Positions 9,057 to 17,120 of a stretch of 64,000 nt of DNA are shown here, piece by piece. Every line of letters starts with the position of its first letter. Position 1 is the first letter of the stretch. The stretch comes from Gaiellaceae bacterium. GTDB lineage: Bacteria; Actinomycetota; Thermoleophilia; Gaiellales; Gaiellaceae. The position numbers and the translations under genes were made by a program. A model generated the notes under the pieces. It saw only the letters and a list, made by a program, of their open reading frames with translations, had not been told where the DNA came from and did not search any database. The stretch spans positions 15,140 through 79,139 of the forward strand of contig DASUKC010000089.1 in NCBI GenBank assembly GCA_036278975.1, read 5' to 3'.

Positions 9057-10086
9057 CCCGTACGAGACGCTCGGCGTCGCGAAGAACGCGTCGCAGGACG
9101 AGATCAAGAAGGCGTACCGCAAGCTCGTGCGCGAGGTGCATCCGGACCGCAACCCGGGCAACGAGGAGCGGTTCAAGGAAGTGCAGAACGCGTACGACGT
9201 TCTTTCCGACTCGGACAAGCGGAAGCAGTACGACAGCTTCGGGTCGGCGGCGAACGGTCGCGGCGCGGGCTTCAACCCCGGTGCGACGACGTTCGACTTC
9301 GGCGACTTCGACCTCGGTGACATTTTCGGAGGCATGTTCGGCGGCGGTCGGCAACAGCAGCAGCGCGGCCAGCGCGGCAACGACGTCGAGGTCGAGGTGC
9401 GCATTTCGTTCGAGGATGCGCTGCGCGGCGTGCAGACGACCGTGCCCGTGCAGCTCGAGCTTGCGTGTCACACGTGTCACGGAACGGGTGCAGCGCCGGG
9501 AACGGCGCCGGTTCGCTGCCCGCAGTGCAACGGCACCGGCACGGTCGCGACGTCGCAAGGTCTGTTCGCGTTGCAGCAGCCGTGCCCCCGGTGTCGCGGC
9601 ATGGGCTCGATCGTCGAGAAGCCGTGTGCGACGTGCCATGGCTCGGGCCGCGAACGGCGCACGAAGCGCTACACGGTGAAGATCCCCGCCGGTGTCAAAG
9701 ACGGCACGCGCATCAAGCTGAAAGGCAAGGGTGAAGCCGGCTACGGCGGCGCATCTTCAGGCGACCTCTTCGTCGTCACGCGCGTCGAGCCGTCGAAGGT
9801 CTACGAGCGGAAGGGCGATGACTTGATCGTCGTGGTCGCGGTGCCGTACTCGACGGCAGCGCTCGGCGGCAGTGTCGAGGTGCCGACGCCCGAAGGCGTC
9901 GTGTCGCTGAAGATTCCATCCGGTTCGGAGGACGGCAAGCTGCTGCGCATCAAAGGACGCGGCGCCCCGCGACTCAAGGGCGCCGGCAAGGGTGACGTGC
10001 TCGCACGCGTGCGCATCGAAGTGCCGAAGCGCATGAACAAGAAGCAGCGCGAGCTGCTCGAGGAATTGCAGAAGGCGGGTTCCTAA
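9049..10086 (+). CDS. dnaJ: molecular chaperone DnaJ
   Basis: J domain (PYETLGV..HPDRNPG), G/F region, and four CxxCxGxG zinc repeats. GTG 9049 overlaps the grpE stop. Confidence 0.93.
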   Translation: MPSPYETLGVAKNASQDEIKKAYRKLVREVHPDRNPGNEERFKEVQNAYDVLSDSDKRKQYDSFGSAANGRGAGFNPGATTFDFGDFDLGDIFGGMFGGGRQQQQRGQRGNDVEVEVRISFEDALRGVQTTVPVQLELACHTCHGTGAAPGTAPVRCPQCNGTGTVATSQGLFALQQPCPRCRGMGSIVEKPCATCHGSGRERRTKRYTVKIPAGVKDGTRIKLKGKGEAGYGGASSGDLFVVTRVEPSKVYERKGDDLIVVVAVPYSTAALGGSVEVPTPEGVVSLKIPSGSEDGKLLRIKGRGAPRLKGAGKGDVLARVRIEVPKRMNKKQRELLEELQKAGS

Positions 10087-10448
10087 TGGACGACCGGCCG
10101 CGCTACATGATCAGCATCGCGGCGGAGCTCGTCGGCATGCATCCGCAGACGCTTCGCATCTACGAGCAGAAGGGGCTCGTGCAGCCGAAGCGCACCGCCG
10201 GAAACACGCGGCTGTACTCCGACATGGACGTCGAACGGCTGAAGCTGATCCAGCAGCTCACGAGCGAGGTCGGATTGAACCTTGCGGGCGTCGAGCGCGT
10301 GTTGCACATGCAGGATGAGCTCGCGCGCATGCACCGAAGGCTCGAGCGCATGGAGCGCGAGATGCGCGACGCGATCAGCCAGGTGCACAAGACATACCGC
10401 CGCGAGGTCGTTGTCTACACGCCGCCGCGGCCGCCCGCGCAGCGGTAG
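10086..10448 (+). CDS. hspR: MerR-family heat-shock repressor HspR
   Basis: MISIAAELVGMHPQTLRIYEQKGLVQPKRTAGNTRLYS. Last gene of the dnaK operon, joined by TAATG. Confidence 0.88.
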   Translation: MDDRPRYMISIAAELVGMHPQTLRIYEQKGLVQPKRTAGNTRLYSDMDVERLKLIQQLTSEVGLNLAGVERVLHMQDELARMHRRLERMEREMRDAISQVHKTYRREVVVYTPPRPPAQR

Positions 10449-10454
10449 TTCGTT

Positions 10455-10856
10455 TTAGCTCGGGAGCGGAACGTCGTCGAAGAAGTCGGCGCCGGCCTGC
10501 TCGGGCGGTGCGCCGTAGATGTAGAGCACGAGCACGTCGTCGGTCTCGTTGCGAACCTGCAACGGCGTGCCGGGCTCGACGGCGACGACGCCGCCCGGCC
10601 CGACGTCGACGCGCTGCGGCTCCTCGCCGAGCAGCATCGTCAGCGTCCCGGAGATCACGACGAACACTTCCTCTTGGGCCTTGTCGGCGTGGCGGCGGCC
10701 GGTGGTGTGCGGCGGGTAGCGCCAGAGCCGCGCGCGCGACTCCTTCAGCTCGAGCGCGGTGGTGAGGTCGGCGACAAGCCGGCCGTGTTCCTCGCCGTCG
10801 CGAGGGTCGCGCTCCTCGAAGTCGAGTGACGATGCGTCTGCAGAGTGGAAGCCCAC
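10455..10856 (-). CDS. cupin-domain protein
   Basis: C-terminal part of the 387-aa ORF: ..HADKAQEEVFVVISGTLTMLLGEEPQRVDVGPGGVVAVEPGTPLQVRNE.. GTG 10856 is preceded by AGGA. Confidence 0.65.
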   Translation of the reverse strand: MGFHSADASSLDFEERDPRDGEEHGRLVADLTTALELKESRARLWRYPPHTTGRRHADKAQEEVFVVISGTLTMLLGEEPQRVDVGPGGVVAVEPGTPLQVRNETDDVLVLYIYGAPPEQAGADFFDDVPLPS

Positions 10857-10887
10857 GACCTCGATCCTACGTGGATACCGTGGTGCT

Positions 10888-11442
10888 GTGATTTTGGTTG
10901 TCGCAGCCACCGCCTTCGAGGCGGCGCTTGCCGAGGCGCGCAGCGTGGCAGCGGTCGTCTGTGGGATCGGCCCGCTCGAGGCGGGGCTGGCGACGAGCCG
11001 CGCTCTCGTGGAGCTGCGGCCGGACGCCGTGCTGCAGATCGGCATCGCCGGCGCGCAGACGCTGCCGAACGGCTCGGTCGTGCTCGGGTCGGAGGCGGTG
11101 TACTGCGACATCCTCGATCCGGAAGCGCGCATCCCGCGCGTCGAGCGGATCGCCGCGGACGAATCGCTGCTCGCGGCCGCGCGGCGCGCGCTGCCCGATG
11201 CGCACGTGCTGCCGATCGGCACGACAGCGCGCGTCGGTGGCGGCGCAGCGTGTGAGGTGGAGGCGATGGAGGGTTTTGGCGTCCTGCGCGCGGCGCAACT
11301 CGAAGGCGTCCCCGCGCTCGAGTTGCGGACGATCTCGAACGCGGTTGCGGAACGCGACCGCGACAAATGGCGCATCGACGACGCGATAGCCGCGCTCGAC
11401 GGTGCACTTGGCTTGCTGCTGGAGGCGCTCGCCGTTGCGTGA
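10888..11442 (+). CDS. mqnB: futalosine hydrolase / PNP_UDP_1-family nucleosidase
   Basis: VILVVAATAFEA.., GIAGA, and EVEAMEGFGVLRAA are nucleosidase motifs. About 184 aa. GTG 10888. Confidence 0.6.
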   Translation: MILVVAATAFEAALAEARSVAAVVCGIGPLEAGLATSRALVELRPDAVLQIGIAGAQTLPNGSVVLGSEAVYCDILDPEARIPRVERIAADESLLAAARRALPDAHVLPIGTTARVGGGAACEVEAMEGFGVLRAAQLEGVPALELRTISNAVAERDRDKWRIDDAIAALDGALGLLLEALAVA

Positions 11443-12157
11443 GCTGCCTGCAGCGCTGCCGCCGGCGGAGCGCACCGTCGGCCAGCTGATCGCCGAGACG
11501 ATCCGGGCGTACGGCGCGAACTTCTGGCGTGCACTGCCGCTCGGTGTGCCGATCGCAGTGTCGACGCAGCTGTCGCTGGGTTACGACGCGAACGTCCAGA
11601 CGCTGATCCTCTTCGCATTCGCGCCTTTGATCGCGGCCGCGTTCGTCGGTGCGTGCTACCTGATCCACGGCGTCCGGCCGACGGTCATGTCGTATCTCGT
11701 TGCAGTGCTCGTGTTTGCGCCGGTCCCGTTCCTGGTGCGCCTGATCGTCCTGCCGGCCGTGGGGTGGCTCGCGCTCTTCGGTCTGGCGGTCCCGGCGGCG
11801 ATGGTCGAGTCGCTCGGTTTTGGCACTGCACTGGCGCGCGGACGGAAGCTGGCGGTCGCCGACTTCGTGCACGCATTCGGGTCGCTCTGCGCGCTCGTGA
11901 TCGTCGTCGCGATCGGCGAGCTGACGCTGATCGCGTTGCTCCGCTCCCAGGGAGACACTGGGCAACGGGTGGCGCATGGTCTCGCGGACGTCGTGCTGAC
12001 GCCGATGCTCTACCTCGGTGGCGCCTTGCTCTACGTCGATCAGGCAGCGAGAGTAGGGTCCCGCCGACCGACCTCAAGGAGACGCCGCGATGCCGATCTT
12101 CATCCTCCTGTCGACGCTGACGCAACAGGGCGTTCAGACCCTCAAGTCGAACCCTGA
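11402..12157 (+). CDS. hypothetical polytopic membrane protein
   Basis: Several hydrophobic helices and high GC3. The start is uncertain (TTG 11435 just before the mqnB stop is an alternative). The 3' end overlaps the GYD gene by 68 nt. Confidence 0.5.
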   Translation: MHLACCWRRSPLRELPAALPPAERTVGQLIAETIRAYGANFWRALPLGVPIAVSTQLSLGYDANVQTLILFAFAPLIAAAFVGACYLIHGVRPTVMSYLVAVLVFAPVPFLVRLIVLPAVGWLALFGLAVPAAMVESLGFGTALARGRKLAVADFVHAFGSLCALVIVVAIGELTLIALLRSQGDTGQRVAHGLADVVLTPMLYLGGALLYVDQAARVGSRRPTSRRRRDADLHPPVDADATGRSDPQVEP

Positions 12158-12374
12158 GCGCCTGCGCCAGGTCAACCAGGATCTCGAGGAGCTGGGCTGC
12201 AAGGTCCTGCACCAGTGGGCCACGCTCGGCGAGTTCGACTTCGTGAACGTCGTCGAAGCGCCCGACATCGCGACGGTGGCGAAGGTCTCGGTGCAGATTT
12301 CGTCGCGCGGTTCCGCGCGCATCGAGACGCTGCCGGCGCTCGACGTCGACGAGTTCCTGCGCACGCTCGAGTAA
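12090..12374 (+). CDS. GYD-domain protein
   Basis: MPIFILLSTLTQQGVQTLKSNPERL...GEFDFVNVVEAPD. Strong AAGGAGA SD. Confidence 0.85.
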   Translation: MPIFILLSTLTQQGVQTLKSNPERLRQVNQDLEELGCKVLHQWATLGEFDFVNVVEAPDIATVAKVSVQISSRGSARIETLPALDVDEFLRTLE

Positions 12375-12474
12375 GCACGCCTGTTGGCGGATCGGCGCTG
12401 AGTCGGCGCAGCCGCGTCTCACTTGCGTGCGCTACGCCGCGGTAGATTCGCCGGCGACGTGAGCGCGGCCACCG

Positions 12475-12501
12475 CCCCGGGTGGGTGGGGGTTCGGGATG
12501 G
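12475..12501 (+). repeat. 27-nt G-tract element, copy 1 (ccccGGGtGGGtGGGGGttcGGGatgg)
   Basis: Identical 27-mer also at 16797-16823. Four G3+ runs with 1/1/3-nt loops. Confidence 0.9.
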
Positions 12502-12544
12502 TTGCGTCGCGCGTGTGCGCGCGCGAATAGAAATACAGCCTCGC

Positions 12545-13423
12545 TCAGGCAGAGAACGCTGCCGCGACGGTGCCGGCGAGGCGGGCGTTGCCGATGACGA
12601 GCTCGCGATTCGCGCGGAGCGTGCGCCCGCCACTCTCGCGATGCAGGTAGCTGAGCACGAACGGCGTCACCGCCTGTCCGTGCACGCCCGCCACCTGCGC
12701 GTCCGCGAGCGCCGCCTCGATCAGCGGCTCGACATCGTCGAGGCTCTCGTCGGGCGGCCGGCCGAGCAGCAGCCCCGCGCCGCCGAGCTCCCAGTGTGCG
12801 CGCGCGATCGACGCGACCTCGTCGGCGGCCTCGACGCGCGCCGACACGGGCGGCCCGCCGCGCGCCGCGTAGAACAGCGGCAGCTCGTCGGTCTGCCACC
12901 CGAGCACCGGAACACCGAGCGTCTCGAGCAGCTCGGCGGTCGCGGGCACGTCGAGAAGCGACTTCACGCCTGACGACACAACGAGCAGCGGCGTCTGTGC
13001 AAGCGCGCCGAGATCAGCCGAGACATCGGGCGGCGTCGGCCAGCCGCGATGCACGCCGCCGAGACCGCCGGTGGCCATGAAGCGAATGCCCGTAGCGCGC
13101 ACCGCCGCGAGCGTGCCTCCCACGGTCGTTGCGCCGACCGCTGCCTGGACAGCCGCAACTGCAAGATCGCGCGGGCCGACCTTCCGCGCTGACGCGTCGA
13201 ACCGTTCGAGCTCGCCCTCGCTGAGACCGATCACGATCTCGCCGTCGAGCACGCCGACCGTCGCCGGCACGGCGCCCGCTTCGCGCACCGCGTTCTCCGA
13301 CGCACGGCCGACCTCGATGCCTTCGCCCGGCGGGAACCCGTGCGCGATCAGCGTCGTCTCGAGCACGACGACGGGGCCGCCGCGGCGCACAGCGTCCGCG
13401 ACTTCGGGAGCAATGCGTGTCAC
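12545..13423 (-). CDS. psuG: pseudouridine-5'-phosphate glycosidase
   Basis: IAPEVADAVRRGGPVVVLETTLIAHGFP.., ..FMATGGLGGVHRG.. GTG 13423 forms a GTGA overlap with the psuK stop. Confidence 0.9.
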   Translation of the reverse strand: MTRIAPEVADAVRRGGPVVVLETTLIAHGFPPGEGIEVGRASENAVREAGAVPATVGVLDGEIVIGLSEGELERFDASARKVGPRDLAVAAVQAAVGATTVGGTLAAVRATGIRFMATGGLGGVHRGWPTPPDVSADLGALAQTPLLVVSSGVKSLLDVPATAELLETLGVPVLGWQTDELPLFYAARGGPPVSARVEAADEVASIARAHWELGGAGLLLGRPPDESLDDVEPLIEAALADAQVAGVHGQAVTPFVLSYLHRESGGRTLRANRELVIGNARLAGTVAAAFSA

Positions 13424-14199
13424 GGCATTGCCCCGAGCCGGGCACAGCACGCGGCTGCGGCCGCGAGGCCCGCCTCGACACCGCCGACGAAGAACCCTGC
13501 GGCGAACGCGTCGCCCGCGCCTGTCGGGTCGAGGATCTCACCGGCGTGGGGCGACCAATTCTTCCCGTCGACCGTCACGCCGTTTGCGCCGCGCTTGATC
13601 ACCCAGCGCGCGTCGAGCGCGCCGACCGCGTCGCGCTCGAGCTCGGTCGCGAACACGAGGTCGGGCGCGACCGTTGCGAGACGTTTGCGGTAGGCGTCGT
13701 CGACCAGCGACGCGGCGGAGACGTCGACGCTCACCGTTGCGCCGGTGTCGCGCGCGAGCTTCGCCGCCGCAACGGCCGCGGACGCGGTCGGCTCGGTCGC
13801 AATCGCATAGCCGGAGAGATGCAGCACGTCGCAATCGAACCATGACGGCTCGAGCTCGGTTGGCTGAAGTTGCATCGCCGAGCCGCGGTCCGAGGCCATC
13901 GTCCGCTCGCCGCCTGCTGTGAGTGAAACGACGATGCCTGTGCTGCCGGTGACCGGTCCACAGACGTCGACGCCGTACGCCCTCAGCGCTTCGCCGACGA
14001 GCCGCCCTGCGAGGTCGTCGGCGCGCTTGCCGACGAAACGCGCATCCGCACCGAGGCTCGCCGCCCAGGCCGCGACGTTCGCCGCCTGACCTCCGGGCAG
14101 GGCACGGGTTGACGCCACTGTGTCGTCGCCAAGCGCGAGCGAATCGTCCGCGTGAACCACCACGTCGAGGAGCAGGTCGCCGAGTGTCGTGAGCCGCAT
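13420..14199 (-). CDS. psuK: PfkB-family carbohydrate kinase (pseudouridine kinase-like)
   Basis: MRLTTLGDLLLDVVV.. and the C-terminal DPTGAGDAFAAGF motif. Translationally coupled to psuG. Confidence 0.8.
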   Translation of the reverse strand: MRLTTLGDLLLDVVVHADDSLALGDDTVASTRALPGGQAANVAAWAASLGADARFVGKRADDLAGRLVGEALRAYGVDVCGPVTGSTGIVVSLTAGGERTMASDRGSAMQLQPTELEPSWFDCDVLHLSGYAIATEPTASAAVAAAKLARDTGATVSVDVSAASLVDDAYRKRLATVAPDLVFATELERDAVGALDARWVIKRGANGVTVDGKNWSPHAGEILDPTGAGDAFAAGFFVGGVEAGLAAAAACCARLGAMP

Positions 14200-14214
14200 C
14201 CGTAAGATCGTCGC

Positions 14215-14439
14215 ATGGACGGCTCACGCCGCAGCAGGCTCCGCTCGTTTGCGCTGGGCGGCGTGCTCGGCGCGGCCGGTGCGATCGCGACAGTGCGCCG
14301 CATGTCGGCACGCCCCGGGCGCAGGCGGTCGGTTGGCGGCCTGGCGGCGTTCGAGGACGCGCCGTGTTATCTGGAGCTCCTCGGCGAAGAAGCGCGGCGC
14401 TACCGCGAGGGTGGCGAAGGCGCCGGCGAATCGCCGTAG
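14215..14439 (+). CDS. hypothetical small protein (74 aa)
   Basis: High GC3 in frame and one hydrophobic segment (FALGGVLGAAGAIATV). No recognisable family and no clear SD. Confidence 0.3.
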   Translation: MDGSRRSRLRSFALGGVLGAAGAIATVRRMSARPGRRRSVGGLAAFEDAPCYLELLGEEARRYREGGEGAGESP

Positions 14440-16328
14440 CCGACATAACGGTCGACCATGAAGTGCGCCGCGGCCGTCATGTGCGTGGTCCGCGGCAGCA
14501 GGGGCGTGCCGCCGATCGTCACGCGGAACCACGCGGGGATCGACCGGTCGAGGAACGTCAGCGTGTTCGGAGCGACGAGATGGACATTGGTGACGGCGCC
14601 CCAATAGGGATGCATCACGTCGAGCGGCGTCTGTTGGGACTCGACCCACTTCGCGCCCGGGCTGGCGCGATCCCACCGCCGCGCGCCGATCACGATCGCC
14701 TGCGAGCCGCCGCGGATCACGTACGACAAGCTGTCCGGCGCGACGAGCACGAAGCGCGTGCTGAGGGTCTCGCCGAGCCCTGACGTCAGCGATTCGTCGA
14801 ACGAAGCCGAGTGTTGCGACCGGTAGGTGGCGGTCACGCGCGCCAAAAGCGCGCGCTCACTCGGCGCGTCAGGGCTAATGGTGAAGCGCACCGACTTCGC
14901 GCCGACGCGAACCGTCAGCGCGCCGCTGCGTGCGCTGCCCTCGTAACAGCCGCTCCCGCACGGTGTCGCCCGGTGCCCGTCGATGCGAACGCTGCTGCGG
15001 TTCGCCCCGCCGCCGTCCGGCCCGAGCAGGGTGACGACGGCGTGACCGGGCGTGCGCGCGACTGCGACAGCGAGGTCGCCGAGCTCGTGCGCATCGACGA
15101 CTGCCCCGCGCGGCGGCAATGCAGGCGGCGTTGGTGTCGTGAACGCGGGCGCCGCGGCTGCCGGATGTACGACGCGTCCAGGACGAAGCTGCACGAGGAC
15201 GCTGACGGTTCCGATCACGGTGAGGAGCAACACGAGCTCGACACTCGCGAAACGTCGCACCGTTGCGAACGCACTGCGCACGCGCCTGCGATTCATCGCG
15301 CCGAGCACGAGCAGCACCGCGAAGAGCGCAGTCTTGACGATCAGCGCGCGTCCATAGGACGTGCTCCAGATCTGCGGAACCGAGCTCAGCTCCGTCAGCG
15401 CGCGCCCGACGCCGGTGAGAGCGAGCACCAGCACAGCGACCACGAGGAGCGCAGACAGCCGGCGCAACGCGCGACTGCGTGACGTGGTGTCGACGCGTGG
15501 CAGTAGCCAGACTGCGCCAACGAGCCCGCCAAGCCAGACCGCGGCTGCGGCGACATGCAGCACGTCGTCTGGAACCGCGAGGGCGCGGGGTTGGTCGGGA
15601 TCGAGCGCGTGGCCGGCGAGCGCGGGGGCGGCGACGAGCACGAGCGAGCACGCGCCGGCGACGGGCAGCAGCCGTGGTGCGACGGGTGCTGTCGCAGCGG
15701 CCGCCGCGCCTGCGAAGGCAACCGCAGCCGCGATCTTCAACACCAGCGCGTTGCGGGTGCCGCCCACCGATTCGTAGGCGAGGCCGCCCGCGCCGACGAA
15801 GGCGACGAGCAGCGCGAAGAACAGGAGCGGCGGCAACCGGCGCGAGATGTCGCGCACGACGGGGCGCACGCGCACCACGAACATGCACGCGCCTGCTGCA
15901 ACGAGCAACCCCAGGAAGAAGAGGCCGCGCAGCAACGCGGCCAACGGTCCAAGGCTGACCGTCGCGGTCAGGAGCGAGCTCGGCGGTGCCCGTCCTGTGC
16001 CGACCGCGAACGAGATGACGCCCTGCTCGTGATGCCCGTCGTCGGAGACGATGCTCCAACGGACGCTGTAGTCGCCCTCGCCGAGACCGTGGCGGAGCGG
16101 GATCGTCAGCGTGTCGCCGCGCGCGCTTGGCGTGCCCGAGACCACGCTTGCGCGCGTCGCGTTCGCGATCGCTGCGTTGCCGGACGCAACCTGGACGGTG
16201 TCGTCGAACACGACCCGAACCGCAACCGGCGCGCGCGTCAGCACCGCGCCGTTCGCGGGGACGGTGCGCAGCAGCGTCGCGTGGGCGGCCGCCGAGGCGG
16301 GGAGGGCCAATGCGATCAGCGCTGCCAT
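14400..16328 (-). CDS. copper-resistance CopC-CopD fusion protein with an extra C-terminal extracytoplasmic domain
   Basis: Signal peptide ..ALIALALPASAAAHA, CopC domain (HATLLRTVPANGAVL..YSVRWSIVSDDGHHEQG), about 8 TM CopD region, and a ~250-aa C-terminal domain. Start could be ATG 16328, GTG 16337 or ATG 16418. Confidence 0.8.
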   Translation of the reverse strand: MAALIALALPASAAAHATLLRTVPANGAVLTRAPVAVRVVFDDTVQVASGNAAIANATRASVVSGTPSARGDTLTIPLRHGLGEGDYSVRWSIVSDDGHHEQGVISFAVGTGRAPPSSLLTATVSLGPLAALLRGLFFLGLLVAAGACMFVVRVRPVVRDISRRLPPLLFFALLVAFVGAGGLAYESVGGTRNALVLKIAAAVAFAGAAAAATAPVAPRLLPVAGACSLVLVAAPALAGHALDPDQPRALAVPDDVLHVAAAAVWLGGLVGAVWLLPRVDTTSRSRALRRLSALLVVAVLVLALTGVGRALTELSSVPQIWSTSYGRALIVKTALFAVLLVLGAMNRRRVRSAFATVRRFASVELVLLLTVIGTVSVLVQLRPGRVVHPAAAAPAFTTPTPPALPPRGAVVDAHELGDLAVAVARTPGHAVVTLLGPDGGGANRSSVRIDGHRATPCGSGCYEGSARSGALTVRVGAKSVRFTISPDAPSERALLARVTATYRSQHSASFDESLTSGLGETLSTRFVLVAPDSLSYVIRGGSQAIVIGARRWDRASPGAKWVESQQTPLDVMHPYWGAVTNVHLVAPNTLTFLDRSIPAWFRVTIGGTPLLPRTTHMTAAAHFMVDRYVGYGDSPAPSPPSR

Positions 16329-16382
16329 TGCCGGCACGGCGAGGCGGAACCGGCGGGGGGCGGTGCTAGCCTTGCCGCTCCG

Positions 16383-16694
16383 ATGCCGTTCTACGAATAC
16401 AAGTGTCCGAACGGGCATGTCTTCGAGGTATTCCACGGCATGAGCGAGTCCGGGCCCGAGGCATGCGAGGAGTGCGGCGCCTCGCCGCTCGTGCGCGTGC
16501 TGCATCCCGTCGCTGTGCACTACAAGGGTTCCGGCTTCTATTCGACCGACTACGGCCGCAAGTCGAAGGCGACGGCAAAAGAAGGCGGCGGATCCGACTC
16601 CTCGTCCAGCTCCGATTCGTCCTCCGGCTCCAGTGAGTCGAGCGGCACGTCGTCGTCCGGCGACGGCGACAAGAAGAAGGCCGCCGAGGCGTAG
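16383..16694 (+). CDS. FmdB-family zinc-ribbon protein with Ser-rich tail
   Basis: MPFYEYKCPNGHVFEV...CEECGA (CxxC..CxxC) followed by GGSDSSSSSDSSSGSSESSG. Confidence 0.85.
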   Translation: MPFYEYKCPNGHVFEVFHGMSESGPEACEECGASPLVRVLHPVAVHYKGSGFYSTDYGRKSKATAKEGGGSDSSSSSDSSSGSSESSGTSSSGDGDKKKAAEA

Positions 16695-16796
16695 CCCGCC
16701 GCGCCGCGTTCCGTCAGGGGAGCGATTGGCGCACACTTTCCACGTACGCGTCACCCATGCGTGCGGGTTTCGCGGCGAGGATCAGACCTCGTTCTT

Positions 16797-16823
16797 CCCC
16801 GGGTGGGTGGGGGTTCGGGATGG
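16797..16823 (+). repeat. 27-nt G-tract element, copy 2
   Basis: Identical to 12475-12501. Lies 6 nt beyond the glsB-like stop (opposite strand) and 103 nt after the fmdB stop. Confidence 0.9.
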
Positions 16824-16828
16824 GACCA

Positions 16829-17101
16829 TCACCACGGGCCGCGGCGACGTCTGCCCGCTACAGCCTCCAGCGCGAGCAGCACGACGACCGCGCCGACGAC
16901 CGACAGCAGGAACGGTCCGAGATCCCAGCCGAAGTGGATCTTGTGGCCGAGCACGACGTCGCCGATCACGCCGCCGAGGAACGCGCCGACGATCCCGACC
17001 GCAAGCGTCGGTAGGCACCCGATCGACTGACGGCCGGGCGTCGCGAGACGTGCCACCGCGCCGGCGAGCAGTCCGAAGAGCAGGAACGAGACGATGCCCA
17101 C
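16829..17101 (-). CDS. GlsB/YeaQ/YmgE-family stress membrane protein
   Basis: MGIVSFLLFGLLAGAVARL..GIVGAFLGGVIGD.. is the typical transglycosylase-associated family pattern. Confidence 0.85.
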   Translation of the reverse strand: MGIVSFLLFGLLAGAVARLATPGRQSIGCLPTLAVGIVGAFLGGVIGDVVLGHKIHFGWDLGPFLLSVVGAVVVLLALEAVAGRRRRGPW

Positions 17102-17120
17102 GCGGCGACCCTACCCCCTG

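Noticed and set aside
10857-11618. N-terminal 250 aa of the 387-aa ORF containing the cupin domain
   Set aside because: Low-complexity Ala/Ser/Arg sequence antisense to the nucleosidase gene. Only the C-terminal cupin part has SD and start support.
16419-16754. Further upstream extension of the CopC-CopD ORF to 784 aa
   Set aside because: It overlaps the well-supported fmdB zinc-ribbon gene on the opposite strand along its whole length. The composition is Gly/Arg/Ala junk.
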